Source: Cercozoa sp. M6MM
Lineage: Eukaryota > Protista > Endomyxa: Ascetosporea
Strand: one strand, 5' to 3'
Assembly (NCBI GenBank): GCA_040357565.1
Contig: JBDODJ010000058.1
DNA length: 64,000 nucleotides
This document shows, in pieces, positions 38,920 to 52,737 of the stretch. The notes beneath the pieces are model-generated. The model was not told where the DNA came from and did no database searches. It worked only from the letters and a program-made list of their open reading frames with translations. How positions within the stretch are numbered: position 1 is the first letter of the stretch; each line of letters starts with the position of its first letter. The position numbers and the translations under genes were made by a program.

Positions 38920-40514
38920 GATGGTACGCCTACATCCACCCAACCGACAGAAACTGCAAGGAACAAATGCAGCAGCTGACAACTGACTTCAAGGAATTCC
39001 GCAGTAGAAGGAGCCTGGTCTCATTCTTGGCGGCCTTAATGCAAAACACGCCAAGTGGTGTGCACATACCAGAGATCAAGCTGGATACTCCCAAGAACAC
39101 GTAGACAACGGTACAACGAGAACCACATCAGCGCGGGCGAACAAGCAAGGCATTGCCCTACAAGAAGCAATAGCTGAAAATGACTGGGAGATACTCAACA
39201 AGTACACTCCAACCCACAGCTACAGAGTCCGAGGAGGCAGAGGCCAAGCCCAGAACAACGATAGACCTCGCGATAGCTGACAGTGTCATCTCAACACAAT
39301 CTACAATATCGGTCTACGATCACCTGCACTTCCTATACAGCGACCACCACGCTGTTATGGTCACAGTGGAACGAGCAGTGCGTAAACCAAAACACATCAT
39401 ACGGAGAAAGAACTACAAGGAGATAGATCTCCAAAAATACACAGAACATGAATCGATTCGACTGCTATCACAAGGGAGAGATGTAGACAACATCGAGCAA
39501 ATCAGCAAATCAATGACACAGTCGAAGACATCACCAAAGCCGGGCAGGAAGCCATAGAAGAGGCAACACCTACCAAAATAATCACCCAACACTCATGCCT
39601 AGGCATATCGGTCGACTCGATAAAGATCAAGAGGAACGCATACGGAACCATGAAACTTATTAAGGAACTGAAAAACAAAAATGAAGATGCATCTATATCC
39701 AAGTACCAATCTGGGTGGAAACAACACATGTCAACGTTGGACACACTGGCTTAACAGCAGGCAGAAATGGCAAAGAGAACAGGTGAGTACATGACAGTCA
39801 TTAGTCTAGACATCACAGGCTTCTTCGACAAGCTCCACAAAGAGGGCGCAATCATTGCCCTGTCTAAACATGTGAATGGCAAAGAACTCTCATGGAGTCC
39901 TTCCTCTCAGACAGAACCATCTCGGCGAGAAAAAACGACACCGAATCAACAGACAAACAAGTCAACGGCAGTACTCCCCAAGGGGCCATCTGCAGCCCAC
40001 TACTCGCAAAGACCTTCCTCGATGACATGCACATACACTGCAAAGAACAGGAGGGCGTCGCAGGCGGTGTCGGTCGTCCCGTCGTCGTCCTCCCGTCTCT
40101 CCACTCGATAACGAAGCAAGCAATCAGACATAGACTTAGGGCCACCACTGTTGTGAGTGGTGGCCTAAGTTTAGTCTATGTCGGGGACCTCTCGGTCCAT
40201 TGCCTGCTGGGAGGCTGGTTGTCCTTCGACAGTTGCTTCCTCGTCCAGGAGATCTTGGTGCCTTGGTGCATTCTGTTGAGTGTTGCTAGGTTCTCAGGGT
40301 TGGCCAGTATGTCTTCAATTGTGCGCCATTGGGCCGCATTGGTGTTGTTTCTGATAGCTTCCGTTACTTTGCATTCCAGCAATCGGTGGTACGTGTCGAG
40401 GGTGTCTTCTGCATTTTCCCAGGTACCCGCGCACCCCAATGACGAACGTTTGACGGCTTCATGTCGCCAACGCAAGTTTCAACGTTCTTAAAAGACTGAA
40501 CTAACTAACTAACT
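38920..40514 (+). mobile_element. Decayed LINE (APE endonuclease plus partial RT) with an inverted 3' segment (40051-40433) and AACT tail
   Basis: APE motifs LILGGLNAKHAKW, TIDLAI and SDHHAV. RT motifs QSGW...STLD, SLDITGFFD and TPQGAICSPLL. Frameshifts and stops are present, no YxDD; ends gaactaactaactaac. Confidence 0.9.
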
Positions 40515-40610
40515 TCGGTTCTCTCTGTTCAGCTGCCAGCACAGCGGCGTCAGACGAAGTCGCGTCCGCATGCGATTGAGTGATTGGTGAATACGCGACG
40601 GTAATGTAGT

Positions 40611-41870
40611 TTACCAGCCGTAGCGCTGACGTGCGCGTTTCGAACGACCGGTGCTCTTAGTCTTGCCATATTCTAGCTCAAGCAGACGCTGCTGGGCGTT
40701 GAATGCAATGCTGCCGATCTGTGCAACGATGATAGAAGTAAAAGTCAGATCAGACAAAGACAAAACGCTATACCTGATTCTTTTGACGAGCCACGGCACT
40801 AGGCAGGGAAGGACGGGACACGACGCCCGCAGTCGAGCTGTACGCCTTGACGCTAGCAGTGATCCGGCGCTGCTTTCGGCGACTACAAAGCCCAATGTAG
40901 AGACACACGCACACACATAGTCAATGTACAGATATGTGATACAGTTCAAGTTCACGCTGGTCCGGTGCCCAGTTGACCGCATCGTGTACTTTGGCTTCCT
41001 TTTCCCGGGGTTCTGATGCCTTCTTTCTCTCTCCTTGCAGTCGCTTCATCTTCTGCTCAGTGTCCTCGGTGGCCCTCTCGACGTCTTCTGGCTCCAGTAG
41101 CGGGGCCGCAAACTCTGCGACAAATCATTACCAGTGACCTTGAAAGAGTTGAAGGTAACAGTAAGACACAAAGATACCGGTGGCATGCACTGGCGTGTCG
41201 GCGGCAGACAGCATGACAACCTTTACCTCGGCTACGCAAGAACCGAACATGCTGAGATGAGAAACGTCCCAAAAAAAGAGTAAAACATACCTTTCTTCTG
41301 CACAATCGTGGACGAAACTGTCGGCTGTTGAGACCTCAACGCCTGCAAACGCAAAATACAGTCCATATGAAAGGCACAAACTAGTCAAAGTACCTCAAGC
41401 GCACGCGCACGTCGGACGCGCGCAGCAAGAGATGTTCGCTGTCTTTTGGGGGTAGGTTCCTTTGCATCTTCGTCTTCTTCGTCGCTTTCACTGTGTGATT
41501 TGGCAGCAGGCATCGGGACGGCGAAACCGTCCGCCAACTCTTGTTCTTGTTCGCTTTGGGCCACCTTGGCTTTACTCGGCTCAGCGTAGACAGGATTTGA
41601 TTCCTCTGTATCACTGTCGCTGTCACCATCCTTGATCTAAGACAGTGTTGTGCTTGATATAGAACGTAAATGAAGCAAGCAAAGGTACCGTCACAGGTCC
41701 AAGGTCGACCGGTTTCGTGTCTGACTTAAATCGCTCTCCTTTCGACGACTGTGCGGATTCTTTTGGGTCGGGAAGTGCGGAAAAAAGCGAGGGTGCACTT
41801 CGTTTTGCCTTGCCTGGAGCCGGAAGAGACGAAAACAACCCGCCTACCACGACACAGCAAAACAGATCCC

Positions 41871-41918
<48 letters not shown>

Positions 41919-41928
41919 NNNNNNNNNN

Positions 41929-41977
<49 letters not shown>

Positions 41978-42303
41978 CACACACACGCACACACACACAC
42001 GCGCGCACACACATACATACAAAGGGCAGCAAAGCACAAGCATAGGCAAAGTTGTGTTGTACCGGACTTGGAGGAAGCGGATGCCGGCTTTGGGAGCGAT
42101 GAGAAAAGCCCACCTGACTTGGACAAACCACCATCGTTTTTGCCGGCACCAAATAATGACGCAGATGGATTTGGCTTTGACGTGATTGACTTGGCCGGCG
42201 AAGTAGACGAAGGAAGCGGCACCGACGGTGTCAAGTCGATCCCGAAAGAGGAATTCGGCTCCTCACTGTCGCTTTCGCTGTCACTATAGTTTAGCAGTGA
42301 CAT
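40611..42303 (-). CDS. PRCC: PRCC-like proline-rich nuclear/splicing-associated protein
   Basis: N-terminus MSLLNYSDSES, GLFSSLPxP repeats, and C-terminus RQKN|QIGSIAFNAQQRLLELE...ARQRYGW*, matching PRCC (KHQITYL..AKERELEL...QAKYGF). Confidence 0.85.
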
Positions 42304-42523
42304 CAAACAACACAGTACACACACCAAGACAGTGTGAGATAGTTTAAGGTCAAAAAGAAAATGGTCGATGTGGCTACAGAGTTTCTGGAAACGGAAGATA
42401 ATTATACAAACTTCGTGATTACAGGAATCCAGTGTATCTATGCGTGTGTCGGTTTCATCTAACTATCGTTTTTAGGTTAAAACTGCCAGATTTGGTAGTT
42501 ATATCCTGCATTCCGTTGTTAGA

Positions 42524-43857
42524 ATGCCGGTAAGTCACCAAAAGTGGCTTTTGTCGGCGCTGGGCGCTGTGATAGTTGCCTCGGTGACAGCGCACATGAT
42601 GTGGAGGTGCATGCGGGCTGGATCCCCGCAGCCAACGGAGGAAGATGATGTTCCAGCAGCCCTCCAAGCTGCTTTCGACGTAAAGTCTTTCTGCGCCGAT
42701 CGGAGTTATTATGTGTCACCATTTGTGTTGGCAGGAAGCCACCCGCAAGTTTCGCAGTCAGGACCACGAAGTTCTCCTTCGAGCATATGGTTTGTTTAAA
42801 CGCGCCACCGTGGGTACGGTTGCTTCTAGTGAGTGTAGGTACATGCGATTATGTGACGCTCGTAGGTGTGCAAGTTCCTTCGGCATCGCTTTTGGACCTG
42901 CGAATGCAGACCAAGGTGTGTTTGTCTCTTTGAGTTTGAGAATATTGAGTGCTCTTTGCTGTGTGACCTGCAGTACAAAGCTTGGCGAGCAGCGTGTGAG
43001 CTTTCGAAAGAGGAAGCCATGCATAAGTACATCGAGCTCGCGCGTGAGCACAACAAAGAAAGTGTCGCCACCTTGCCAAAGCACCAGACAAACGCGCATC
43101 GGCAAAGCGATGGTTTTGTCGTGCAGTCACGTCCAGTGCTTGAGGAAGAAACTGCCGAGAGCAACGCCCCGGCCCTGATTCAGGAGTTGCAACACGAGGT
43201 ATGTGCAACTGTTGTCACCAGTTATGACTGAACACGTGTTTTCGCAGAAAAACCACGCGATCGAAATGCTCAAGAGCAACAGTTCGCTTCTCTTTGAGAG
43301 AGACGACAGCGACATGACAGCGTTGGTACTTGACTTCTTTGTCTGTGCGAGAACTCTGTTCGAAAACGGCCGGTGTAGCACTGGGCCGCCGATCGCAATG
43401 CCGTTGAATTCCTCAAAGTCGCTCTCGCCATCGATGAAGTTGACATTGATGTGAGCAACGCGAATGGAGAGGTACGGAGCTGCTTGTGTTTCCTCCACTG
43501 AGGTCTTGAGGATTTTGTTTCATGCTGTAGACGCCGCTCTACATGGCCGCGTTCTGCGGACACGCCGAATCTGTGCAGCTTCTGGTGGACGCAGGCGCTG
43601 ATCCCCACAAGAAGAACAATGATGATGAGTCACCCGTTGATGTGGTAGGTTTTTGTGAAAGGTGAGACGATCCGAATCTCACTCAATTTGTTTAATCGCA
43701 GGGCAATCGCAAGTGCCGAAGTCTGATGTTGAGCCTTGACGAGATGACTAGCGAATATGCCATAGCGGACAGCGGTTCGCACACTTCACTCAGCGACGAA
43801 TCTGACCTCGGTTTGAGCAGTGACGATGAGCTGCTTGTTAACTCGATCGGACGGTGA
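42524..43857 (+). CDS. Acyl-CoA-binding protein with N-terminal TM helix and C-terminal ankyrin repeats
   Basis: Hydrophobic N-terminus; ACB motifs LLRAYGLFKRAT and K|YKAW...SKEEAMHKYI; ankyrin motifs MTAL|HWAADR and GE|TPLYMAAFCGH..VQLLVDAGAD. Confidence 0.9.
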
Positions 43858-43915
43858 TGGAGCGGTCGTACGCTACCCCTCGCGTCGCTCGCGACCGAGT
43901 ATGTTGATGTGAGAT

Positions 43916-44463
43916 TGTTACCGCAGCCCTCTCAGATAGGGACCAGGCCTTGGTAAATTGAGGGTACTGTTACAGCATGAACTCCTGTATCCGCGCGGAA
44001 GCAACCCTACAACTTAAAAAAATCCTCAAAAGAGGTGTGGAAGATTTTGACGTGTGTTCGCTGGTATCCTGACCTACTGAGAGCTTCAGTCCAGACTGTG
44101 GAACACCTGTGTTTGAGTAGGGAAGCCTTGAGCAAGCTTTTTGCAGCTGAACTCAAAGAAGGTCTCTCTCTCGACCAGGTAATCTGATCTCTCCAGGACC
44201 AGTTGTCTTCGCTTCTACCTGTCCTCTGCCTTTCCAGAGGCCCTTCTTTTCTTTACTTCCAACTCAAGTACTTCTGAATCCTCACTACTCAGTTCTCACT
44301 ACTCTACCAAACACAGGGTATGCCAAGCTAGGCAGCACTCAATTGTTAGGTTACCAGCTCTCAACCTTAGCAAAACACTCAATTCTTATTTGGCATGACT
44401 GATAGTTGCTTCCACGCGGAGCAAGTAGTCAGCCGAGTAGGTTGTTTGATGTTGACAGTAACA
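43916..44463. mobile_element. Non-coding TGTTAC...GTAACA element (solo-LTR- or MITE-like), long version
   Basis: Termini tgttaccgcagc and cagtaaca, plus a sub-terminal TGAC..TCC-ACGC-GGA..GTCA hairpin shared with 56701-56808. CpG-poor; no matching TSD. Confidence 0.55.
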
Positions 44464-45210
44464 TATTGATTAGTGTCACCTTCAAAAAGCGAGGGAGAGG
44501 AGCACCGGAGAGCGAGCCGGGGGGGGGGGGGGGCGACACAAACATTGAGCAACACCGAAACACAAGAACGACCAAGAAAACGGAGTTCTTCCTCATCGTA
44601 CTGGTTTCTTACTCTGGTTTTATTGGACATAAGAAGCGGGATGATTATGGTGCCACGAGGGATTCAAGGACATGGAAGAAGACTGTGACAGGCGAACCAC
44701 CCCCAAAACGACAAACTGCGATGTGTCGACTGTAAATTTACAACTTCACAGCCGTATTATCGTAATTTCTTTCTTCTCTTCGGTACTGTACTTATCATAT
44801 GTTGGTGTGCTTGAATAGATGAACACAGCTTCACGGTGCTGACAGTTGAGCGACTCGGGCGGAACGAGGACTGCGCTGGTTTCGCGTCGGTCGTCGAGTT
44901 GGATTTTGCGTAGCCTTGAGACGATTCTAGTCGACTAAGGGTTTTCGCGCTTCCGACTCGTCTACGAGTTGATTGGGGGTTTGGAACTTATGAACGAGGT
45001 CATGTTCCACGCGGAGGACTTAATTCGATGACAGGTGAGAGAATAGTCGAGATCGACCAGCAATATAAATGTACTCTAGAAGTTGTACCACGGGGCCGAT
45101 CATTGCGTTGGTAGGTCGTAGGACCGACTTTTCGCCCGGCTAAGTGAACGGGATCCGGCGGGTATTGGTCGATATCATCAACATCGATAGTCGAATACGA
45201 GGTTCCGGCT

Positions 45211-45914
45211 TCACTGGGGAAGTGACGTCCGCGCACGACGACGGAAACGACGACGCGAACGTTGCTGTCGACAGCGCTGCTGCGCGCGACCGTTGACGGC
45301 AGAGTTGCTGTTGTTGTCATTTTTGTCCCTGTAAGTGCTGTCAGTAGCATCCAACTTGGGTGCGCTTCTTTCTGTCTACAATACACGTGAGGTCAACAAG
45401 CACGCAATTAAAAACGGCAAAAAGTACCTTCGGCAAATAAACTGACTCGTCCTCTACTTCAACAAGGCAATGATACACGTTGTGTGTCATACAGGCAATG
45501 TACCGTCAAGTGAATCTTGCACAACTTCTTCTTCACTTTCGCTGTCGCCATCTGTTGATTTACGCATGCATACACATACAGAACCGCACAGACATACAGA
45601 TACAGACACAGACACAGACACACAGACACAGACACAGTAGAATACCTAAAGGTAAGGAAGCAGGCTCCTGCATCCGCGAACGCGCTTGCTCCTGCGTTAT
45701 GCACAGATGAACAGGCAAGCATACACAGAGACAGACTTTAACACCATTTCACGGGCGTAGATGTTTCGACCTCGATCGATTATTGCACGCACCTAACATC
45801 AAGGGGTTAAGTCCGCACACCTCAGTTGGTTGGGCCACATACCTCGGGCACAGCGCCATGGGTTGCAAAGTAATCACGGTAGCTACAGCACAAAAGGGAG
45901 TAACATGACCATTA

Positions 45915-45963
<49 letters not shown>

Positions 45964-45973
45964 NNNNNNNNNN

Positions 45974-46021
<48 letters not shown>

Positions 46022-46679
46022 AGGCACCGTTGTAACATCGACCGCAGGCGATCCAGAAAACGCAGACGGAAGCTCTGACGACGATGCCATTCTCTCTGTA
46101 GGCACGCACGTCAAGACACCAGGAATAAGGAGGATAAAATCACATCTGAGACATACGTGGTAGCACACGAGGGCGTGACATTGAGGTTCCGTCAGTTGCA
46201 TTGACAACGCTGCGCGTGGAAGTGCACATAAGATGTGCATGACTCAGATATCACTTCTGAGTAAACGATACCGATGCGCATCCGTCTCGCCTGCGCCACT
46301 CCCTCGTGCTGAAGCAACCAAAAGCCACACACACGCACACACATACACACATACACACACGCACAGAGTAGCAACAGAAGTGGGGGACGTACATGCAAAA
46401 GACGTCGCAATTCAGAGACATGTCGGCGCAGCTGGTCCTGCGTCGCCAAGGCATCCAGCACGTCCTGCACAGTGATGCACAAGCAGGGTGCGTGTGCGTG
46501 TATGCAGAGAGGATAAGTACCTGAAGAGTGGGCACAGGCATGACATTGCACAACTCCTCGAGCGTCAACTCTACAAACACACATGTGAGATGCAACCCGC
46601 AGAAAAGCCAAATCTGTTAAACACGAGTACCCTTCGCGTTAGTGACAGGAGGCGGCGTCTCGGGCTCAAATCGCGACTG

Positions 46680-46727
<48 letters not shown>

Positions 46728-46737
46728 NNNNNNNNNN

Positions 46738-46787
<50 letters not shown>

Positions 46788-47136
46788 ACAGAAAAGCCAT
46801 GTGCACCTGTTTGAAGCGCTGCATATCTGACATCTCTTCCTACAGACACACACACGTGTGCATTAAGGTGCAGCAGCAGCAAAATGCACACGCATTGAAA
46901 ATCCAAACGTACAGTTGGAGGACTATCATCAGCAAGGTCATGTGAGAACAGATCAGCCGGATGCGTCCTGTATATGCACCGCATACACCCACATACATAC
47001 ACGAAAAGGTACCCATGCATATCGGCCGGTCTCGATCGGCATTGACTGGCAGGCAAGGCAGACGTCGCACGCTCTCCAGCAGACGCAACGGACAGTGCCG
47101 AGCCTGAGTCGTTCTCATCATCGCCAAAGTTGGCCT

Positions 47137-47173
<37 letters not shown>

Positions 47174-47176
47174 ACA

Positions 47177-47225
<49 letters not shown>

Positions 47226-47445
47226 CCTACATACACAAACACAAGAACACATACGCGTACCATATCGTCGGCAGAGGAGGCGTCCATTTCGCGCGTCACA
47301 TCGCCGCACGTGCGCTTGTGCGACCTATGACCGCAATTAAACAGTCATGAACTTGTGTGCACCAACATACATGCATACCACGGACGTGAAACTTGCTTTA
47401 GTTGCACTGGCCGGCCATCAAGCACACGCTATATTGCATAGATAT

Positions 47446-47496
<51 letters not shown>

Positions 47497-49661
47497 GAGC
47501 TTGTTGCCCCAGGTGACAAGAAAGCAATCATAACAAGCTCTAGCGGGCACAGATACCTGCAAGCGCATGAGCGCACGCAGCACGCGATGGGCGGCAACGT
47601 CGACGTTACTCAAACCGTGAGGGCCACGCTTGACCACATTGGCCTACGAAGGTGTGAATGTACGCACACAATACACAGGCACATGCAAGCACACGAACAC
47701 GTACATGCGCTGGAAACAAGAGAATACAGTGCTGCTGAAATCGTCAATATCGCCACCGATATCGAAATCACCATCTTCCACGTCGTATTGTTTCTGATGA
47801 GCGAGCGAAAAACAAGCACGTGGTGCCGAGACACGATTATGTACAAGCAAGGTACCCTCGTTTGCTCGTCCATTGGATCGGGGGCGTCCAGAGCCGCAGG
47901 CACGCCCATGTCCTCCACACTTCCTGAGCGAGGTGTGTATGGAGGTTGTTGCAGCAACGTCAAAAAACGAAAGAGTACCGGCCTCTTTCGCACGCACTGA
48001 CGCCAGCAACAGCGAGTGTCGCAACTCGGCACGCAAACGCATCCACCTGTGCTTGCGTGAGTAAATCCGATGCCACACACAAACACACAAACACACAGAC
48101 ACACAGACACAGACACACCTCCTGACGTCGAGGAGACAGTGCTGAGGCTGCAGCAGCAGCGTCAGTTGCTTGCGCAGCTATGGAAAAAAGATATGGGAGA
48201 ACAAGCACACGGGAAACTTGTACTTGTGCGCACCTCTGCGCGGTCCCTCTTTGCACTGGGCGAGTGCACTGGAGTGCTCTGCACACATATACATACACAT
48301 ACACATACACATAAAAACACACAACACACACACAGAAACACAGAGAAACATACACAAACACAGGCACAGGCACACACAAACACAGACATAAACACAAACA
48401 CAAACACAGACACAGAAACAGCATGCGAATGAGACTGTACCACAGTAGGGTCGCCAGCCACAGCAAGAGCGATGAGCGCAGCGGCTTCGAGCATCTCGTT
48501 CAGCGGCGGGCCCGATTCGTTCTCTACACGGACGCACATACCAGCAGCAGACGGCAGACGCATTTTGACTCCTGCAAGGTTACCACGTGCGTGGACGTCG
48601 TCGACAACAGGCAGCGACAGATGCTTCTGCGCGTCCTGCAACACACACATACACACACACACACACATGACAGAAGCATCCGACAACACATAGAGGTAGT
48701 ACCGGGTGCAACAGGTCAGACACCTGTCGCGACGGCGCAAAAGATCGTCCCCGTAGCATTGCTTGTACACCTCTGCACATGCACACAAATACAGGCGGGT
48801 AACACGTGTACCCCATTAAAGCAGCATAAAAGGAGACCGTGTTGCAAAGAAAAGCAAGATGGGCAACAGTCCAAGATGACCCAGGTGCTTTCGCAGATCA
48901 TTGTTGCCTGCAAGATACAGACATCAACAGCACAGGCTTCATCCAGACACCACTTACCGCCATGCACGGCATTGCAGACGCACCTGAGTACACAGAAACG
49001 GCAAACGCATACAGGCACAGGCACAGCGCAGGCACAGACACGAACAGATCGGCAGTACCAGAGTGCCTCGCGCACCACCTCTGGCTGCACACGCTCTGGC
49101 ACGTTCTTTGTCTGCACAAGCACGCAAGAAAACTCGAGAATGTTTCAAGCAAAAGCAAATGCAAGCGGTAAACTACCTTCAATCGACCCTTTTTGCTCTG
49201 CCTCGCTTTGCGTCGGCGTTGCTGTCGCGAAAGCTTCTTTGGTTCCTCTGCAATGACAGGATTTTTGCTTGCATCGGCAAAAAAAGGACTCGGGTTATAC
49301 CAGGTGCGTACGCAAGTGAGTCGGGCCGCACACCTGCAGGTCAGGCACAACACGTAACAAACAGACACACACACACACTCACAAAATGGCTGGGCACCAC
49401 TCTGCGAACGAAGTGACTTGGCGAGCCGCAGTAAGCCCACCACCTCCGACAGCACCCCTGCGCATGCAAAGACGTAAGTGTGTGCGTATGTATGTATGTG
49501 TGTGTGTGCGTGTGTGCGTGCGCGCGCGCGCGCGTGTGTGTGTGGGTGTGTCACTAACCACTCTGAGCGACTGTGGCAACATGTAACGAAGTGCCAGCCA
49601 ACACGTTTGAAAGCGCAAACAACGCATCCCTGCGTCTGGTTCCTGTACACGCACACAAACA

Positions 49662-49711
<50 letters not shown>

Positions 49712-49721
49712 NNNNNNNNNN

Positions 49722-49773
<52 letters not shown>

Positions 49774-50818
49774 GGCATGGCAATTTAGCACAGACCGACA
49801 GCTTCAGCTACCTTCGCACTGAACGACAGCTTCAGCCAGCACGGGCACTGCCCCTGTGAGCACACACAACATTTAGGCGATTTTGCGTCTGCACGAGCAC
49901 TGTTACTGTTGAGCATACCAGCATCCACGACAGCCTGCGTGTGTCGGTGCTCGCCGCTCGCGATGGCACCCAACGCACGCAGTACCTGGGAAGCACAGGC
50001 AAGCCACCGTCAGGAACAACACACTAGGAACCAGATGAACATACCGGGGTGAAAGACAGGCGATGCCTGCAATTAGACACCGGAGTTACGAACTTCACGA
50101 AGCGTCTTGTCAGGTCCACACTGAGATGGCAGGGGTGAGGGGTAAAGAGGGTATGGGGGCACACGTACATATGTTTGTACACATGTGCAATAGGTTACTG
50201 TACCCAAGTTCGGAAGCCCAGCGCAGAATGAGGTCAATGTCCTCGTTCGGTCCGTCCAAAGGGTAGGACAGCGTCCAGCACAAGTCGGCTTGAACCTGAA
50301 CAAACGAAAACTCCACCACATCAAAGATAGGCGTATGCTGGGTCAACAAATCACCTCATCAGCAGACGCACTCGCATCTGGACCTAGGCGCAAAAGAAAG
50401 GTTGACACAGACACAGATACAGACACAGACACAGATACAGACACAGATGCAGAAAGCAAGGAATACCAGAGGGCGAGGAGTCACTGCGCGAACGAGCGCC
50501 ATGCGTGCGTTCTGCTGGCCAGTTCGCCCACCTGTACGCATTCACTCAAATGGAGGGACACAATAGGCCGGTTTGAAAGACAAAGTACACTCGAATGACA
50601 TGTCGCAACAGTGACTCAAAACGGCGGAGGTCCGGCAGCGGTTTTGCGCGTGTCAGGTTGCTCGCGCACCTTCACAACAGCACAGGGTATATAGACCCAT
50701 AGTATAGACGGCCAGCGACGCGGATACCATGCCGCGGTGCGCACAGTGTTGAACAAAAAGCTGTCTGCATGCGCCAGCACATAAGTCACACCGTCGACGA
50801 CCTACATACACACACACA

Positions 50819-50883
<65 letters not shown>

Positions 50884-51366
50884 CAGAACACAAAGATAGG
50901 CACATATGCAAGTACCTCCTTGTTGGAAAACACAATGTCTCGCATCTCAGCGCACTGCAAAAACGGGGGGGGGGGGGTATGAGTGCGGTAGAACAAGGTG
51001 TAAATGATGTACGTCGCCAGCGATGTTGCCGAGTGCCCAGATGATTTGCTCCAACAGCGCCTCGTTCGGCACGTTCATCAGTTTCGATAGTGCCTGAGCA
51101 ACAGGAGTTGTACCATTAGGTTGAACAGCAGATGCAAAATCAAGGAGCACCTCCAAGGCCCCACTTTCCACGATATGACGCACGTGTGCCTATGACGCTC
51201 TATAAACAAACAGAGCCGAGTTAGGGCAGACACAGTTACGGCAGATCCCGACGCGATATTAGTCAGTCCCCATACAGCCTCGAACACCACCTGTATGCAC
51301 ACAAACAGAGACGACCGTGTGGACATTGCACACGTGTGCGTGTGCGTGTGTGTGCGTTGTGCGTGC

Positions 51367-51417
<51 letters not shown>

Positions 51418-51427
51418 NNNNNNNNNN

Positions 51428-51477
<50 letters not shown>

Positions 51478-52139
51478 CTTGGACTTGGAATTGCTGATCT
51501 GTAGCTGTGACGGGTTTTTCACGCACGCCAATTTGACGAGAGGTGCGATCGCTCCAGCCTGGATAGCCTCCTCGATCGGCGGACATCTGCATGCAACAGG
51601 CATCGCATGCATACATGGCAAACATACACGTGATACTCCACACGTGATACTCGAGTACGAGGAATACCTTTCAGTGGAAAGCAATTTTCGCAAACACTGC
51701 GCTGCGTACTGTCGCGTTGCGTCGTTTCGTTTCCCGCCCGTCAAAGTTGCTGCACTCGAGTCAAATGAACTGAATCAAGGTCAAAATCACGCGCAAGAGA
51801 AGCGACGCGTACATACAAGCGGACGAAGCGTTGCAACTCGCTGTGGTGTCTGAAGCACCCAGAACTTCTCGTTCACCTCATGAACCTGCCCTCATTGAAA
51901 AGAACACATGAAAAACAGCAAGATCAACGATTATATCTTACCATCGCTTTGACATCAGCGTCAACTGCCGACAGCGTCAGTGCCTGTCCAGACGCAGATA
52001 AAACACAGATAAAAAGGCACACAGGCAAACAGGCACACAGGCACAGGCGCACAGGCATACAGGCAATAATCAAACATACGGTAAGACGTTGGACATCCTG
52101 ATCGACACCCTGCTGGATGTCTACGGTCGACCAGCGCAT
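45211..52139 (-). CDS. Highly divergent importin-alpha-like ARM-repeat protein with long insertions/C-terminal extension (3' half could be a separate gene)
   Basis: LRKLLSTER|CPPIEEAIQAG, FEAVWGLTNIASG, EQIIWALGNIAGD, DLCWTLSY.LDG.NE.I, LRALGAIASG...TQAVVDAG, ALFALSNVLAG, REALW|CVCNAVHGG. Start and 3' exon chain tentative. Confidence 0.72.
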
Positions 52140-52737
52140 CCGCGCGGATGGCAAAAATCACGAGCAAGCGGATTAAAGTTGGGCTTTCGTAGTTTTCGAG
52201 AGCTCACTGTGCTAGATATCGCACTGCGAACCCAAAGGCACTATTGCACACGCCTGCGGGGATTATGGCCACTGGATGATGCAGACGTCGCACTCTTAAC
52301 AACGTGCAACGCAATTTCTGGATTTGCGGTGTGGCGTCAACAGATGTACTATAGTCACGTGCAGATTCTGTGTAGCACGACGTTTTGTGCTTGATTTTGT
52401 CGTTGAGGCATGCTTGCCAAGGGGACCAATTTGTCATCGATCTTGCCAGACGACCCGCTCAGAAGGGTGAAAACCGCATTTAGTTGCTTGATCATTGTGA
52501 CTCTGCGCACGTTGATAATTGATTACGTTGGCAGACTTTATCGCCATTCGCCGCTGCGCTGGTCGACGAATTTGACACGCTGAAATTACTTGTGGACGAA
52601 GTGCACGATCGGTATCTTACACTTCTGCTCGAATTAAAATAAAATCGCTAAGTATCTCGTGTAAGTAGTCACGCATTAGCACGAAACGTCGCTGCGAGAC
52701 GTCTGTGTGCCGACGCTTTGCGACGTTTGCGCCGACC

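Noticed and set aside
44474-44690. TGTCAC...GTGACA bounded segment as another solo LTR
   Set aside because: Only a 6-bp inverted match, no TSD and no second copy in the window.
45000-45386. ORF with VVVRGRHFP resembling a second CEP120 C2A domain
   Set aside because: It overlaps, in another frame, the probable last exon of the importin-like gene (...RRRARTSLPQ*), and downstream C2 motifs are unconvincing.
47790-47825. CTGATGA-GCGAGC-GAAA hammerhead-like core
   Set aside because: No stem I can form; it is the reverse complement of an intron pyrimidine tract and acceptor.
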